DNA of 64,000 nucleotides, taken from positions 1 through 64,000 of the IMG/VR virus record IMGVR_UViG_3300046780_000088. One strand, written 5' to 3'. Origin of the DNA: a virus. Positions within the stretch are counted from its first letter, which is position 1, and each line of letters starts with the position of its first letter. Below, piece by piece: positions 28,747-40,071 of this stretch. The position numbers and the translations under genes were made by a program. Below the pieces are notes generated by a model. The model ran no database searches and was not told where the DNA came from. It worked only from the letters and a program-made list of their open reading frames with translations.

Positions 28747-28983
28747 TCACAACTTTAGCTCCCTAATCTTGTAATACAGTTGCCGTTCACTGATACCAAG
28801 CGACTTTGCAGTTGCCGCTCTGTGACCTTCGAACTCGCGCAGTCTACGCTTGATCACCATGTTGTTTATCTGTTCGAGTGTCGGATACCACGGACCACGC
28901 TGCTGTTGCGTGCGCAATTGCTTCATCACATCCAATCTTTTCGAAATCGATTTGTAAGCTTCATTAACCAGCGTATTTGCCAT
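28747..28983 (-). CDS. Fis-family HTH DNA-binding protein
   Basis: LREFEGHRAATAKSLGISERQLYYKIREL matches the HTH_8 pattern. Confidence 0.75.
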   Translation of the reverse strand: MANTLVNEAYKSISKRLDVMKQLRTQQQRGPWYPTLEQINNMVIKRRLREFEGHRAATAKSLGISERQLYYKIRELKL

Positions 28984-29875
28984 TATCGCATCATCCCGTA
29001 GAATCGGTCGATTGTCGGCACATCCATCCTTCGAGTTATTTCTGCCTCGTACCAAAATCTTTTATCATGAACCATTTCCATCGTGCGCGGTGGACAGGTT
29101 GCCGCAGTGCTAATTATTCCAACATACCTGTTGTATTCACTTTCTTGTGACTTCATATCTTCCGGCAATGACATCCAAATTTTCATGGCTTCCCTGACAG
29201 TCCGCAATAACCCAACGCTTTACCATCACGACTCTCGCCTGTCTCCCGCCACGACATACACATCGAACCGATGCAATCTGTTCCTTGCGCCAACGATGCA
29301 CCTTGCGCCGTGATAACTCGATTCACCGCCAAGAATGCAACAGCACCATTCCGAAGATCGACAGCTTGTGACGTGATACGAGTGTGTGGGCACCATTTCT
29401 TTTTTGCTTCTTCTTCAGTCATTGCCACGCTGCCCGGATTAACTTTCAGTGCGTGCATTCCACCTAACAACGTTTCACTCATAGCGTAAACTCCGATGGG
29501 TCAACTTCCAAAAGTTCTTTGCGTATGCCAGCAGCGAGTGCTAGATACGCGCCGTTCGGTACTTGATCAAGACATTCGCAAGCTGCTTCTACACCTTCGC
29601 GGTATGCCTCTTCAGCGAGCGCCAAAGCAAATTCTGTGAGTACCGAATCAAGCGCAGCTTCCGCTGTATCGAGTCGTGACGGAATTGATTCTAAATTTGC
29701 TTCGTTCATTTTCCGAACTCATCTGTGAGTTTTGCAAGTTGAACAAATACGCGACCATCAATATCAATTCGATCACGCGCTAATTTTAATACCTTTGCAG
29801 GAAATTTATAGTCGTTATTTGTGTTCAATAGCACAATCAAATCATCCATCATTACGAGTAATTTTGCGCGCGATC

Positions 29876-30373
29876 CTAATTCTTCATCGCTGCCCATCGA
29901 CTGCGATCCAACTTGGGAAACTGGCATAGTATCACCTTATCTGTTTGTGAGTCATATGTATCGATCAATGCGTTTGTGTTCTGATCCAACTCACTTGCAA
30001 ACAGAACAGCTTCTTTGGCAGTTGCGCCAAGATGCATTGCTGCCATCGCAAATTTCGATCCTGTTCCAATCGCTGCAAATTCATGCTCTACCGGAACAGG
30101 AGTCGGGCCATCATCGTACCAATACACGTCTTTCCACTGATTGACGTGAAGTGCTTCGAATTTCTTCGTGCGCTTCCATTCGAAATCGGCAAGCTTCTCT
30201 CCCGCCATGAACCACTGTCTGAACAACCATTCTCCATCAGTGTCACCAGCACATGCCATGCAACCGTGCCCTTTGATCTGATAGAGCTTGCGGCAGTATG
30301 TCTTGATGTCATCGCCGAGAGTCAACTGTGTATCAGCGGCAAGGATGCGACCGCGCCATGCAATCGTCGTCAT
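29876..30373 (-). CDS. HslV/proteasome-like Ntn-hydrolase peptidase
   Basis: MTTIAW...LAADTQ, AG, AIGTGSKFAMAAM..G..A.EAV..A...D. Confidence 0.8.
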   Translation of the reverse strand: MTTIAWRGRILAADTQLTLGDDIKTYCRKLYQIKGHGCMACAGDTDGEWLFRQWFMAGEKLADFEWKRTKKFEALHVNQWKDVYWYDDGPTPVPVEHEFAAIGTGSKFAMAAMHLGATAKEAVLFASELDQNTNALIDTYDSQTDKVILCQFPKLDRSRWAAMKN

Positions 30374-31623
30374 TTGTTACGCCACGAAATCCAATCGCCC
30401 TTTGGATCAACAAGTTTACCCGCTGCTGGTTCGAGAAACACCGGCATCTGGATCGTAATGCCATGCTCCGGGTGTGTGAGCCACAGCGCTTGGATCGGCG
30501 GTTCATACGCGAAGTTCGACACGTTCGCATATTCATCGTATCCCTTCAGCGATCCATTACCGATGATCGACATCGTCGGGAAGTAAGTGTGAAAGTGACC
30601 GTGTATCAGCGTATCGAATTCCAAACCGATGTTCGAATTGCGCGCAGCTTTCTTCTTCTCTCCGCGCAGCACCGGACCAAAGTGACCAATCATCCCATCA
30701 CCGCCGCGAAACTGATCACCGTGTGTGAGCAATATCCGATGCCCAACGACCGAATACAGCGCGTCCGGGCCATCTGGAATGTAGAACGTAATGCGATCAT
30801 CGTTCTCGAACGACTGCGCGAGGAATTGATAAAGCAACCAATCGAAGTTTGTGAAGTTGCGATGCTTCGCGCGAGGCTTGCGAGTAGTGCGCCCATGATT
30901 GCCAGCAACACACGCTACGAACACACGACCAAACTCATCCGCCAATTCCTTCAACGCCCAACGCAAGACGCCAAACAGATCGAGCAACACCGGCATCAGC
31001 GGTTGTTCATTCGTTTCTGTGAGTTCTTCGTGGATGTCTCCTGACATCATATCGCCACCAAGATTCACGACGATGCCCGGAAAGTCCGGTGTCACGACGT
31101 GATGGCGCAGCAGATAGATTGTGCGCTCCACCAACTTCTTCGCTCGCTTGTGAGCTATTTCCAAATTGAATTCGTTTACTCCGTTGATCTGCGCCGGGAA
31201 GACAATTTCTCCCCAATGCCAATCAGACCAGAACGCGACAGGAACGCCGGGACGCTTCGTATCCTTTTTGATTGCATCGCCAGCAATCACCCAATTCGGT
31301 GTTGGTGTATCTTCGCATGTCTTCTTCAGATCGAGCAATTTACGCTTGACCCAATCATCGGTGATTGAATTCGCTCGAATGCTTTTCAGTTGGGTTGTGA
31401 GTTCGAAGACCTGATCACGCAACGCATCTTCAGGTGAAATGATTGCTTCTTTTTCGGATGGCCTGATCAGCGTAATCGCTTTTGCATATCTACCTTTGAA
31501 CGTCGATGGTTGCACACCTTCTTCGCGTGCTGCCGCTGTTTTGTTACCATCGTGTTTGTTGACTAGAGCAATAACGTGTTTCGCTTCAGCAACAGTCATC
31601 TTTCCAAATTGATTTGCCCCCAT
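30370..31623 (-). CDS. Calcineurin-like metallophosphoesterase with N-terminal HTH
   Basis: SDWHWGE, GDMMSGDIH, GNHGR, THGD, GHFH motifs. Confidence 0.85.
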   Translation of the reverse strand: MGANQFGKMTVAEAKHVIALVNKHDGNKTAAAREEGVQPSTFKGRYAKAITLIRPSEKEAIISPEDALRDQVFELTTQLKSIRANSITDDWVKRKLLDLKKTCEDTPTPNWVIAGDAIKKDTKRPGVPVAFWSDWHWGEIVFPAQINGVNEFNLEIAHKRAKKLVERTIYLLRHHVVTPDFPGIVVNLGGDMMSGDIHEELTETNEQPLMPVLLDLFGVLRWALKELADEFGRVFVACVAGNHGRTTRKPRAKHRNFTNFDWLLYQFLAQSFENDDRITFYIPDGPDALYSVVGHRILLTHGDQFRGGDGMIGHFGPVLRGEKKKAARNSNIGLEFDTLIHGHFHTYFPTMSIIGNGSLKGYDEYANVSNFAYEPPIQALWLTHPEHGITIQMPVFLEPAAGKLVDPKGDWISWRNK

Positions 31624-32646
31624 ATTATTGTTCCCTCACGATACCGTTATCAATGACGTAATGCTTGCACAACAACGATACCGGAATGCGTGCTGCTTTC
31701 AGCTTCAATCCTTCTATACGTCCCTTAGTAGTGCAAGCTTCAAGATCAGGGAACGTTACCGGAGTCTTCCGATCAACTGTGAGCAGCGCACGATCTGCCG
31801 GGTTTGCATCTTCGACAAGAACAAGAACGTATCCGGGTTGAAGAGCAATTTCTGCAAATGCCGGTAAAGCAACCAACGCGCACAATACAACTCCAATCAA
31901 AAATCCTTTAAGCAGATTCATAAGTGTTCCCTTGTTGTGAGAAAAATAACGCGAACCACTGATCCGGTTCGCGTCAAACCGCACCGCCTGTTTACTTAGA
32001 TGCTGCTTTCTGAGCCTCATTCTTTTCTTTGATCGCTCGCCGTGCTGCTGCAAACGTTTTGCGAATATCCGTTGCGACCGCTGGCGTATATCGAAACTTA
32101 GGATCGAGAATCGATTTAGGTTTCATCATTACTAAAATCATCCTTTCTGGCATCAAAGAATTGAACCAAGTCAACGATAAGATCACGACCTTCATCCCGC
32201 GTTTCTGCTATCAATTCACGAAGGTCTTCAATTTCCCAAACAGATTCTTTTAATTCGTGTTCCAACTCCTGAACGCGCTCTTTCAATTCGCGCACCTTTG
32301 CATTCGCCTTATCGAGCGGTGATTGATATTTACTCATGTTGCGTTACCATGCCACCAAGATTTTTAATCACGGCAGCTTCAATCGAAGCTTCAAGTTGAT
32401 CGAAGTTGCCAAGATTTTCACGATGCAACATCACCTGTGTAAAATTCTCGTACGTCATATCATCCATGTAGCGATCAACTGCAAGCAAGAATTCGAGTTC
32501 CTTGTCGGGAAGAGCAGTACGCGCGGTTTTTAAGTTTTGAAATTCTTCGTCTGCCTGTTCGTCGGTTTGTGAGGCGGCAAGCTTCAACAAATACGCATCG
32601 AATGCTGAGACAAATGTTTTGATGCTTTCCATTAATTTCTCCTGTT

Positions 32647-32937
32647 TTATCGTTCGTGATGTTCGTATCTGTTCCGCAATTCTTCGATTTTCAAAGCTAC
32701 ACACTCTTCGAGTGAATGACCGAGTGAATCAGCCATGAACAAAGCATAGACATACACGTCTGCCAGTTCCTTCATAACATCGACCGTCAAAACTTTGTCG
32801 CCGCGCCATTCTTTCTTGACGAAGTTCGCCAACTCTCCTGCCTCTCCGCACAATGCAAGCGAGCAATACCGCGACCACATTATCGGTGTGAAGTTAGCGT
32901 TCTTCTGCATAGACAGCAATTCTTTATCGTACTTCAT
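32647..32937 (-). CDS. MazG-like nucleotide pyrophosphohydrolase
   Basis: LCGEAGELANFVKK...ELADV. Confidence 0.8.
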   Translation of the reverse strand: MKYDKELLSMQKNANFTPIMWSRYCSLALCGEAGELANFVKKEWRGDKVLTVDVMKELADVYVYALFMADSLGHSLEECVALKIEELRNRYEHHER

Positions 32938-34257
32938 GCTGTCACCTTCGCGTGCAGTTTGTTACGCGCAGCACGTTTCTTACGCTTCGCTGCTGCTGCA
33001 TCTTTTACTGCAACAGCGGTAAGGTTGCGCTTTGTGAGTGCTGAAGTGATCTTCTGATCAAGCAACGCTTTTTCGAGTTCTGTCTGTGCTGTCATTGTGG
33101 TGTTCCCGATCCCGGAGCAGTCATCTTGCCGAGTGTATTTTGCGCGAGTTCGTTTGCTGCTTGTTCAGCTTTCGCTTTCGCTGCTTGAATATCTGCTTCC
33201 ATTGCAGCGCCAATATATCTACCGACCACTTGCCCCGCCTCATTAGCATACTCCAACGGCATCTTGCCATCCGCTGCAATACGCGACAACAGGAGAATAC
33301 CAGCACGTCCGGTTGTTACGACAAGTTGCAAATTGACCAGCATCTTGTCGTATTCAGGAGTCGGTAACTTTTGTTGTTCAGCCATTCTTTTTCCTTTCAG
33401 CTTTTCGCTTCTCAAGTGATTCGCCAATTTCGGCAAGCAATTTGTTACGGGCCTTGTCCCACGCTGGCGAAGCAACCTTAACCAGTAACGCGAACATGAC
33501 CAACTTGTCGTATGCTTCGAGCTTTCTTTGGGTTTCATAGATTGCCGCATTCTTTGCGTTGCGCACTGCGCATTCTTGCCGCCATCTTTCTTCGCGCTCT
33601 GCTTGACGGCGAGCTACAGCAGCATCGTTGTGAACACCGCATTTGTCAGACGGAGCAAGAGCATCGTTCTGACATTGCCGAGTGCGACCCCAATCGCCAT
33701 ACGGAAGTCGTACAACACATTTAGATGACACGTTCTCTCTCCAAGAGAATATTGCGCCAGATTGCAAGATCGGCAGCAGCGAGGCGATGCTTTTCTTCGC
33801 TCTCATCACGCCAACGATTTTCTTCAACTTCGTAGTGAGCCACCAACACCTTCAAATCGGCGATGCTCAAGAATGGATTTGTGTTCATGCTTGCACTTCT
33901 GCACGAAGCTTTGCTATCACCTTTGCAAGCGCACCTTCACCATAGTCACGGTCGAACAAACCCGAATTGACTTCATCGTTTGTGATGTCAACTTTCATAC
34001 AGCGACCGTTGAGATAATCAAAATACAAATTATTCCGTTTTCTTGCAACACCGCCAGCAAAAACATAATCACGGTCGAATTCCTCACCAAGAATTTTCTT
34101 GGCTTCATCTTCAGTCATGTCACCGCGAGTCGCGCGCAAAAATCCCATGCCCATCGGTTGCGCATGGTTGTAAATTGCCGCAAGCACTTTGTGCTTCGGG
34201 AGTCCACTGATGTCAACTTTCATTTCTCTTTCCACCTTTCTTATCAAAAATCATTTC

Positions 34258-34331
34258 TGGCGGGACGTAAGGGATTCGAACCCATATCTGACGGATAGAC
34301 AATCCGTTGCATCCCGATCTGCCAACGCCCC
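34258..34331 (-). tRNA. tRNA-Asp(GTC)
   Basis: Anticodon arm ACGGA-TTGTCTA-TCCGT, GGTTCGAATCC T-arm, G73-CCA. Confidence 0.85.
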
Positions 34332-34409
34332 AAAATAAAATCGCTCGGTACAGGCATCACTGTATCTGGCCCCGAGCTTGCATCGTCTTTGTGACGATGG
34401 ATGCAGCGA

Positions 34410-34484
34410 TGGTAGCGGGTGTGCGATTCGAACGCACGATCTTCAGGTTATGGGCCTGACGAGTTACCACTTCTCCAACCCGCA
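34410..34484 (-). tRNA. tRNA-Met(CAT), initiator-like, C33
   Basis: 1:72 mismatch (U/U), anticodon arm TCAGG-CCCATAA-CCTGA, GTTCGAATC T-loop, ACCA. Confidence 0.82.
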
Positions 34485-34624
34485 TTCGATTCCTTCGGCG
34501 GTTAAATCCCCGGATCGGGGGTCCGCCGTCGCCGACCCAAGACGCTTTAGCGACTCGCGCCGGGGAGTCCATGTGTTGCAACACATTCGCTCCTAAGCTT
34601 TCTTCCGGTTCCGCACAGCACAGG

Positions 34625-34955
34625 TTATGTGCTTTCGGTTCTGTTGCCACGCTCACCGGATCGCGCCGCGTATTGTTGGACCGATTAGGCCGCGATACGC
34701 TGGTCGTACATTTCGTCATTCGCAGTTATGCGCTGGCTCAGTTATTACGCGACTGTGCGCGTGTTGTCATCGTCTGCTATCTCGCCACGTCGAAACCTGT
34801 GCGACCCCGCCGCGCGACACTTTGTTACCCGCATATTATTGCGCCCAACATTCACGGATGAACTATGGGAAAATGCCGCTCGGTGGAGTCGTCGGGAATT
34901 GAACCCGAGTCCGCAACGCCTTCACTTCCGAGTCTGCGGTCTTAATCACCGCCAC
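34625..34955 (-). ncRNA. ssrA: Circularly permuted two-piece tmRNA; tag (A)ANDEMYDQRIAA
   Basis: Acceptor piece with T-arm GGGTTCAATTCCC and 3' CGACTCC-A ending ~34884, then a ~73-nt intervening segment, then the coding piece starting GGGGTCG..GGTTTCGACG at 34808; G3-U70 pair; ATAACT before the resume codon; tag ORF 34723-34685; outer ends approximate. Confidence 0.88.
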
Positions 34956-34975
34956 AACAATTCTTCGAACGACAA

Positions 34976-35019
34976 GGGTTTCCCCAAGGGTAGACACCAA
35001 AACCTGCAAAAAGTTCCGT
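34976..35019 (-). promoter_or_regulatory. ECF-type promoter copy 3, upstream of the tmRNA/tRNA cluster
   Basis: GGAACTT-N16-TCTAC-CCTTGGGGAAACCC. Confidence 0.72.
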
Positions 35020-35883
35020 TAATCGATTAACCCGTTGATCTGGTTAAGATAATGCGCGACCACTTCGCCAGCTTCTTCCCATGTCGGTTTGTGATTAAAG
35101 TACGCCACTGGTTGCTCCTGAAAATATCTCCGACGCGCAACTGTCCGACCACGCTTGCGAATGAACTCATCTTTGATCGAGCAGACTGCAACCGTTGCTC
35201 CCCAATTTTGTGCCGTTGTTTGAAACGGATTTGGTGGAGTAGCATTGCGCGCAAAGAACGTCGCGCCACGATACTTGTTGAACGGATCGTTGATCGGAAA
35301 ATGGTGATAGATTTCTTCGTGCGTTGTACTTCTGTGATTCATGATTGTTGCTCCTGATCCTGTTGTTGAATGTGATGTCTCGCGTTCTGCCGTGCAGTAC
35401 CACGCGGCACCTTCATCACCTTCTTTGTTTCCTGTCGTTTCTTTTCGCGTGCAATGTTGCGTGCTTTGTTAGCGATGCTGCGATTCATCTGATTGCCATC
35501 GCTAGGACTCGTTCCCTTTGCTCCGGTCTTCTTAACCTTCGTTGCCTTCTTCTCTTCCTTCTTTGTGTCTTTGTCAATCTTGTTCGAACGATCTTCGCTC
35601 ATATTCAATTGTCCACGTTGTGAATAATAACTTCAGGTACTACTTCGTCACGCTCCGGGTGACAACGGCATTCCAATCCAATCAATCTGTGAGGCATACC
35701 AAATAACGGATACACATGCACATCATCTTGGTTCAACTCCAAATTCTCGCATGATGACTTTTGTGATTTCTTCGAATTCAATTTTCCATCCTTCCGGTTT
35801 ATCACCGATATATTGCAAATTTCCAACGATTAGCTCTGCTGCATTTTTAGAGCGCTCTCGAATTTCATCTTCACTCATTATCT

Positions 35884-36270
35884 TCATGACGCTACCACCA
35901 ATCCAAATTCCCTCATTGACGCTCGAACATTCACCCAACCATCGAAGCGTTCGAGCAATCGAGCGTACAGCGCACAGAAATTGCCATGATGACCCACCTG
36001 TCCCAATGCATGTGTGAGTTCATGTAACGTATACCAAGGCGACCGAAAACATTCTGGCAGATAGATTAAATGATACTTGTCATTATAGAATCCGGCACCG
36101 CCAACTGTTCGAGTAGTTCTGACTTTCGGTGCTGATCCTTTCGCACGCATATTGCTCCACACGTTTCTCGCCAAATCATTACACTCTGTGAGCGAAAGAT
36201 ATGGACATTGCATTCCTACCAATACACACCCTTCCCATGCGTAGAGCTTTGCCCGTTGGAAATCTCTCAT
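35884..36270 (-). CDS. Small zincin-like metallopeptidase domain protein
   Basis: RDFQRAKLYAWE N-terminus, LHELTH...H.G.F motif. Confidence 0.7.
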   Translation of the reverse strand: MRDFQRAKLYAWEGCVLVGMQCPYLSLTECNDLARNVWSNMRAKGSAPKVRTTRTVGGAGFYNDKYHLIYLPECFRSPWYTLHELTHALGQVGHHGNFCALYARLLERFDGWVNVRASMREFGLVVAS

Positions 36271-36869
36271 TCTACTTTCCCTTTCGGAACTTCATCGTTC
36301 TTTATCGTCTTCTTGAATCCGATGTTTGCCGCGTGATGCCATATCACGATGCCTTCAGGGTTCATGAATCCGGGCGCTGCTTTACTGCCATGTTGTTCGA
36401 GTTCAGCTAACGACATTCGAACCCAATCAGTTGTGAATGGACCTTGATACACGACCGGCACAACGTCGCAACATGCAGGACGTACATCCTGCCATCTGTG
36501 AGTATTGAACAGCGCGAAGCGCCTGTGATCGAGTCCGTATCCGCGTTGAATACCGCGCCCATACCACTCGCCAAAGTGTGAGCCATGTCCAAGGTCTGCC
36601 AATTCTGCCGCGTGATTAGCAACCCAAAGAGCAAACCCAAAGTTGTCGTCTTGCGTACCAATCCATCGCGTGCGCGATCCTGCACGAATGAAATGTGTGA
36701 CGCCATCAATCAACACTTGATTGTCGTACTTGATGTCGTATGCCTCGTCACCTGACACTAGCAACCGTGAATCTCGAATGCTTACTTGCGCATTCGTGCC
36801 ATCGATCTTTTCTGTGATCGTACAGTCACGCGACAGTCGCGGCATCTTGGGAAACTCAACGAATTCCAT
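36267..36869 (-). CDS. ATP-dependent RNA ligase (Rnl2-like nucleotidyltransferase)
   Basis: TEKIDGTNA motif I, GSRTR, FGEWYG.GIQ, EGIV. Confidence 0.85.
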   Translation of the reverse strand: MEFVEFPKMPRLSRDCTITEKIDGTNAQVSIRDSRLLVSGDEAYDIKYDNQVLIDGVTHFIRAGSRTRWIGTQDDNFGFALWVANHAAELADLGHGSHFGEWYGRGIQRGYGLDHRRFALFNTHRWQDVRPACCDVVPVVYQGPFTTDWVRMSLAELEQHGSKAAPGFMNPEGIVIWHHAANIGFKKTIKNDEVPKGKVE

Positions 36870-37339
36870 TCTTTCTCCTATCACGTTTTGTGAGTACAGC
36901 AAACATTTCGTTGCATACGTCAGTACCGTGTTCCTTTTCGAACTTCGCTATATCGCACCGAGCTTCAATACGATCCATTTGCCTCAATGACGACAGTTTG
37001 TTTGTGAGTCTGTCAAACCTATCAAGCATTGATCTGGTATAGCTCATTGTAATGTCTCTCCCCCACGTTGAATGTCTCCTGCTTGGCACTTCAACAACTC
37101 GTACGTTGAATCTTTGCCGACGAAACCCCACTTGATACCAGCGCACCCTTGCTCGGTAGCACGCGCAAATCCAAGCAGGATTAGTGAGCCACCATTCGTC
37201 GCCAGCGTCAATTGATAACCTGACGGCAGTGCAACGAGTGAGCAAAACTTAGCGCGAGGGTCAATCGGTTGCGGCAGCAAATCCAGTATGCCTTCTGTTG
37301 CATTCTCAATCTCAATCAACCATCCTTCAATCATTTCCT

Positions 37340-38803
37340 TCATTGCATCCGCTCCAAGTGTCGCAACGTTTCAATCGATACATCGCTCTTTGATTCCAGC
37401 GTGTCCAATATATGCCTGTCAATCGGTGCATCACGGCAGATGATGTCATAGTACGTTACCGACTTCGTCTGACCGCCACGGTGCGACCTGTCTTCTGATT
37501 GAATGCGATCCTCAAGACTGAAATTGTTTGTGAAGTAAATCACATGCGATGCTCGATTCAATGTGATCGACAATCCACCAGCATGTTGATTGCCTACGAA
37601 GATTCGTTTCTCGCCAGCTTCGAATGCAGCAACGTTTGCTCCCCGTTCATCCTTCTTGGTATCTCCAATGTACGTTACGATGTTTCCTTCATACATCTTG
37701 GCAATTCGCTCTGTGTCTTCTGTGAACCGCGACCAGATGATGATGCTTTCGTCTTCCGGTATATCTTCAATCAGTTCCTTCAGCGTATCGAATCTGTTAG
37801 TCGGTATCGGCGGCAGATCAGGCAGATGCCCGGACAACAATTGCTGCAATCGCATGAAGCTTGTGAGCTTCGATACAGTAGCAATGCGATTATCCTTCAA
37901 TACGATCTGCAAATCCTCATCGAGTCGGTGATAGATATTCTTTTGCTCTGGTGTCATCACGCAAAACACACGCTCGAACACCTTCGGCGGAAGATCGAGG
38001 CAATCAACCTTCTTTACATGGTACGAGTATGGAGCGATCAATGCAGCGAGCTTATCAAGGTTCTTGAACTTTGGTCTGCCTGTCTCTTTGTCACGCGCAA
38101 GAATCTGCGGTTGAAACCTGTCGCGCCCTGTTATGTTCTTGACCTGTTTGTGAGACAACAGATCGCAATATTCTGCGGTGAAAGCATATTTGCTGCATCC
38201 AAGAATCGACTCATCCAAGAATGTAAACTGTGAGTACACGTCAACCGGGTTTTGCGTGATCGGAGTGCCGGTCGCTATCCGACGAACCTTCGCCAACTTC
38301 CCAAGCTTGATCATCCGCTTCGTACGAATTGCTCCTGTTGACTTGATGCGACTTGATTCATCGATAGCAAGATATGAATCGACGCACATCAAAACCTTCT
38401 TCAACATCGCTTCGCCTTTGGCAGTCTGCACCGCGTCGATGTTCATCAGGAATACGCGCATCCCATCTTTGTGAGCCATGAATTCGTCGTACTTCTTCTT
38501 CCACTTCTTCGTTTCTGTTTTTCCTGAATGCCACGCCAGAATTTTACCGTTGACATATTCAGGAAACCACTTCGGCAATTCCACTTCTTCCCAATTGATG
38601 TGAGCAGACATCGGCCCAACAACAACGAGGCATTGAATTTTCCCGTTTCCATATAGCTCGACAGATTCATCAATGACGATCTTGGTCTTGCCTGTTCCCG
38701 GCTCACACAGGAATGCGAAAGCAACTGCACCGCGCGCTTTGTCACGCGCTATCTTCTGATGCCCCCAATCGACGCTCTTTACCATAACGGAATTCCATCC
38801 CAC
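37340..38803 (-). CDS. SNF2-family helicase
   Basis: PGTGKT, IDESS, TGTP, QSEDRSHRGGQ. Confidence 0.9.
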   Translation of the reverse strand: MGWNSVMVKSVDWGHQKIARDKARGAVAFAFLCEPGTGKTKIVIDESVELYGNGKIQCLVVVGPMSAHINWEEVELPKWFPEYVNGKILAWHSGKTETKKWKKKYDEFMAHKDGMRVFLMNIDAVQTAKGEAMLKKVLMCVDSYLAIDESSRIKSTGAIRTKRMIKLGKLAKVRRIATGTPITQNPVDVYSQFTFLDESILGCSKYAFTAEYCDLLSHKQVKNITGRDRFQPQILARDKETGRPKFKNLDKLAALIAPYSYHVKKVDCLDLPPKVFERVFCVMTPEQKNIYHRLDEDLQIVLKDNRIATVSKLTSFMRLQQLLSGHLPDLPPIPTNRFDTLKELIEDIPEDESIIIWSRFTEDTERIAKMYEGNIVTYIGDTKKDERGANVAAFEAGEKRIFVGNQHAGGLSITLNRASHVIYFTNNFSLEDRIQSEDRSHRGGQTKSVTYYDIICRDAPIDRHILDTLESKSDVSIETLRHLERMQ

Positions 38804-40071
38804 AACATGCAGAACACAAAGAATCCACCTATACCAATAAAAGCAAGTCCTAGCAGCTTGATCAGATCATTCATCATCTTCCTCGAACATCGATTTGTGA
38901 CCCGGTCCCTTGCGATGCATAGCGAGTTCAGATGGATGCACCCAACCCGCTCCATCACCATTGTAGAAATCGACAGCGACCATCGGTGGATCAATCTTTG
39001 TGACCGTGCCATGTTCCCAATCGTCTGCACCCATGCGACAGACCTGATCACCGACGCGCAACTCTTCGATCAACATTACTGTTCCAATACTCGCGCCAAC
39101 TCTGTGAAGAGTGCAGCGAGTTCTGCCAGATCAGCAGCTTCAACGTACTGTGAGTTCGAAGAATCCCAATTTGAATCGCGGATGAATGCTTTGCTTCCGA
39201 AACGCAAACGAATATGTGGGCGACGATTTGGGCGTTCTTTCTGATCATCAGGTACTTGAACACTCAACACTGCATAGTGATTTCCAGTAGTGTGTTCACC
39301 GGGCACAATTTCAAATTGTTTTATTGTTGGCGGAATTTCTTTGACCAAAGCAGTTTTCATTTGTGATCCTCAATCGTAATAGAACGTAAGATTGTCCGGG
39401 TGTATTGCTGAATCGAAATCGTCGCCACGCAATCGCACCATGACGAACGGCCAATCAATTTTTGTAATCCTTCCTATCTGAACGAATCCTTCCTTGACAG
39501 GCGGAATGTAAAGCACCTTGTCTCCAACGCGAGCGTTCTTGATGTTCATTTGAGTGCCGAATCTATTTCCGCTAATGTTTCCTCAACATCCAATGTTTCC
39601 TCAACATCGCGGACAGGTTTGTGAGAGAGTAGAAGACTGATACATCCTCTTGCACGTTCTAATGCTAATCGACGTGTTTCAAGCAACGCGATGGCGTGCT
39701 TTACCATGTCTGCTTGATAAGCGTGCCACGAATTTTTGTCTTTGCCAGCGCGCGATCGCTCTCCGCTTTCCATCGTTGTGAGCCTTTGCACGAACTCTTC
39801 GCTGCCGATCTTCATCTGTTTCCTCGTATGTATCTTCAAAATAAAACATGAACATCGCAACAATGGTCAATCCAAGCAGTAAAAATATTCCATCAACCAT
39901 CAAAGCATTCCATCAATGAATCGTTGATTCAGTTTATCACGCACCCACGTTTCGAATGAAGGTGGATGACCAGCAAAATAACGAAATGCTTTGTTGTACT
40001 GCGCTCGCAAACTATCGAATTCCGCGCGAGTCAAAGAAATATCTGGTTCATCAATTATCTTGATTGCCATG

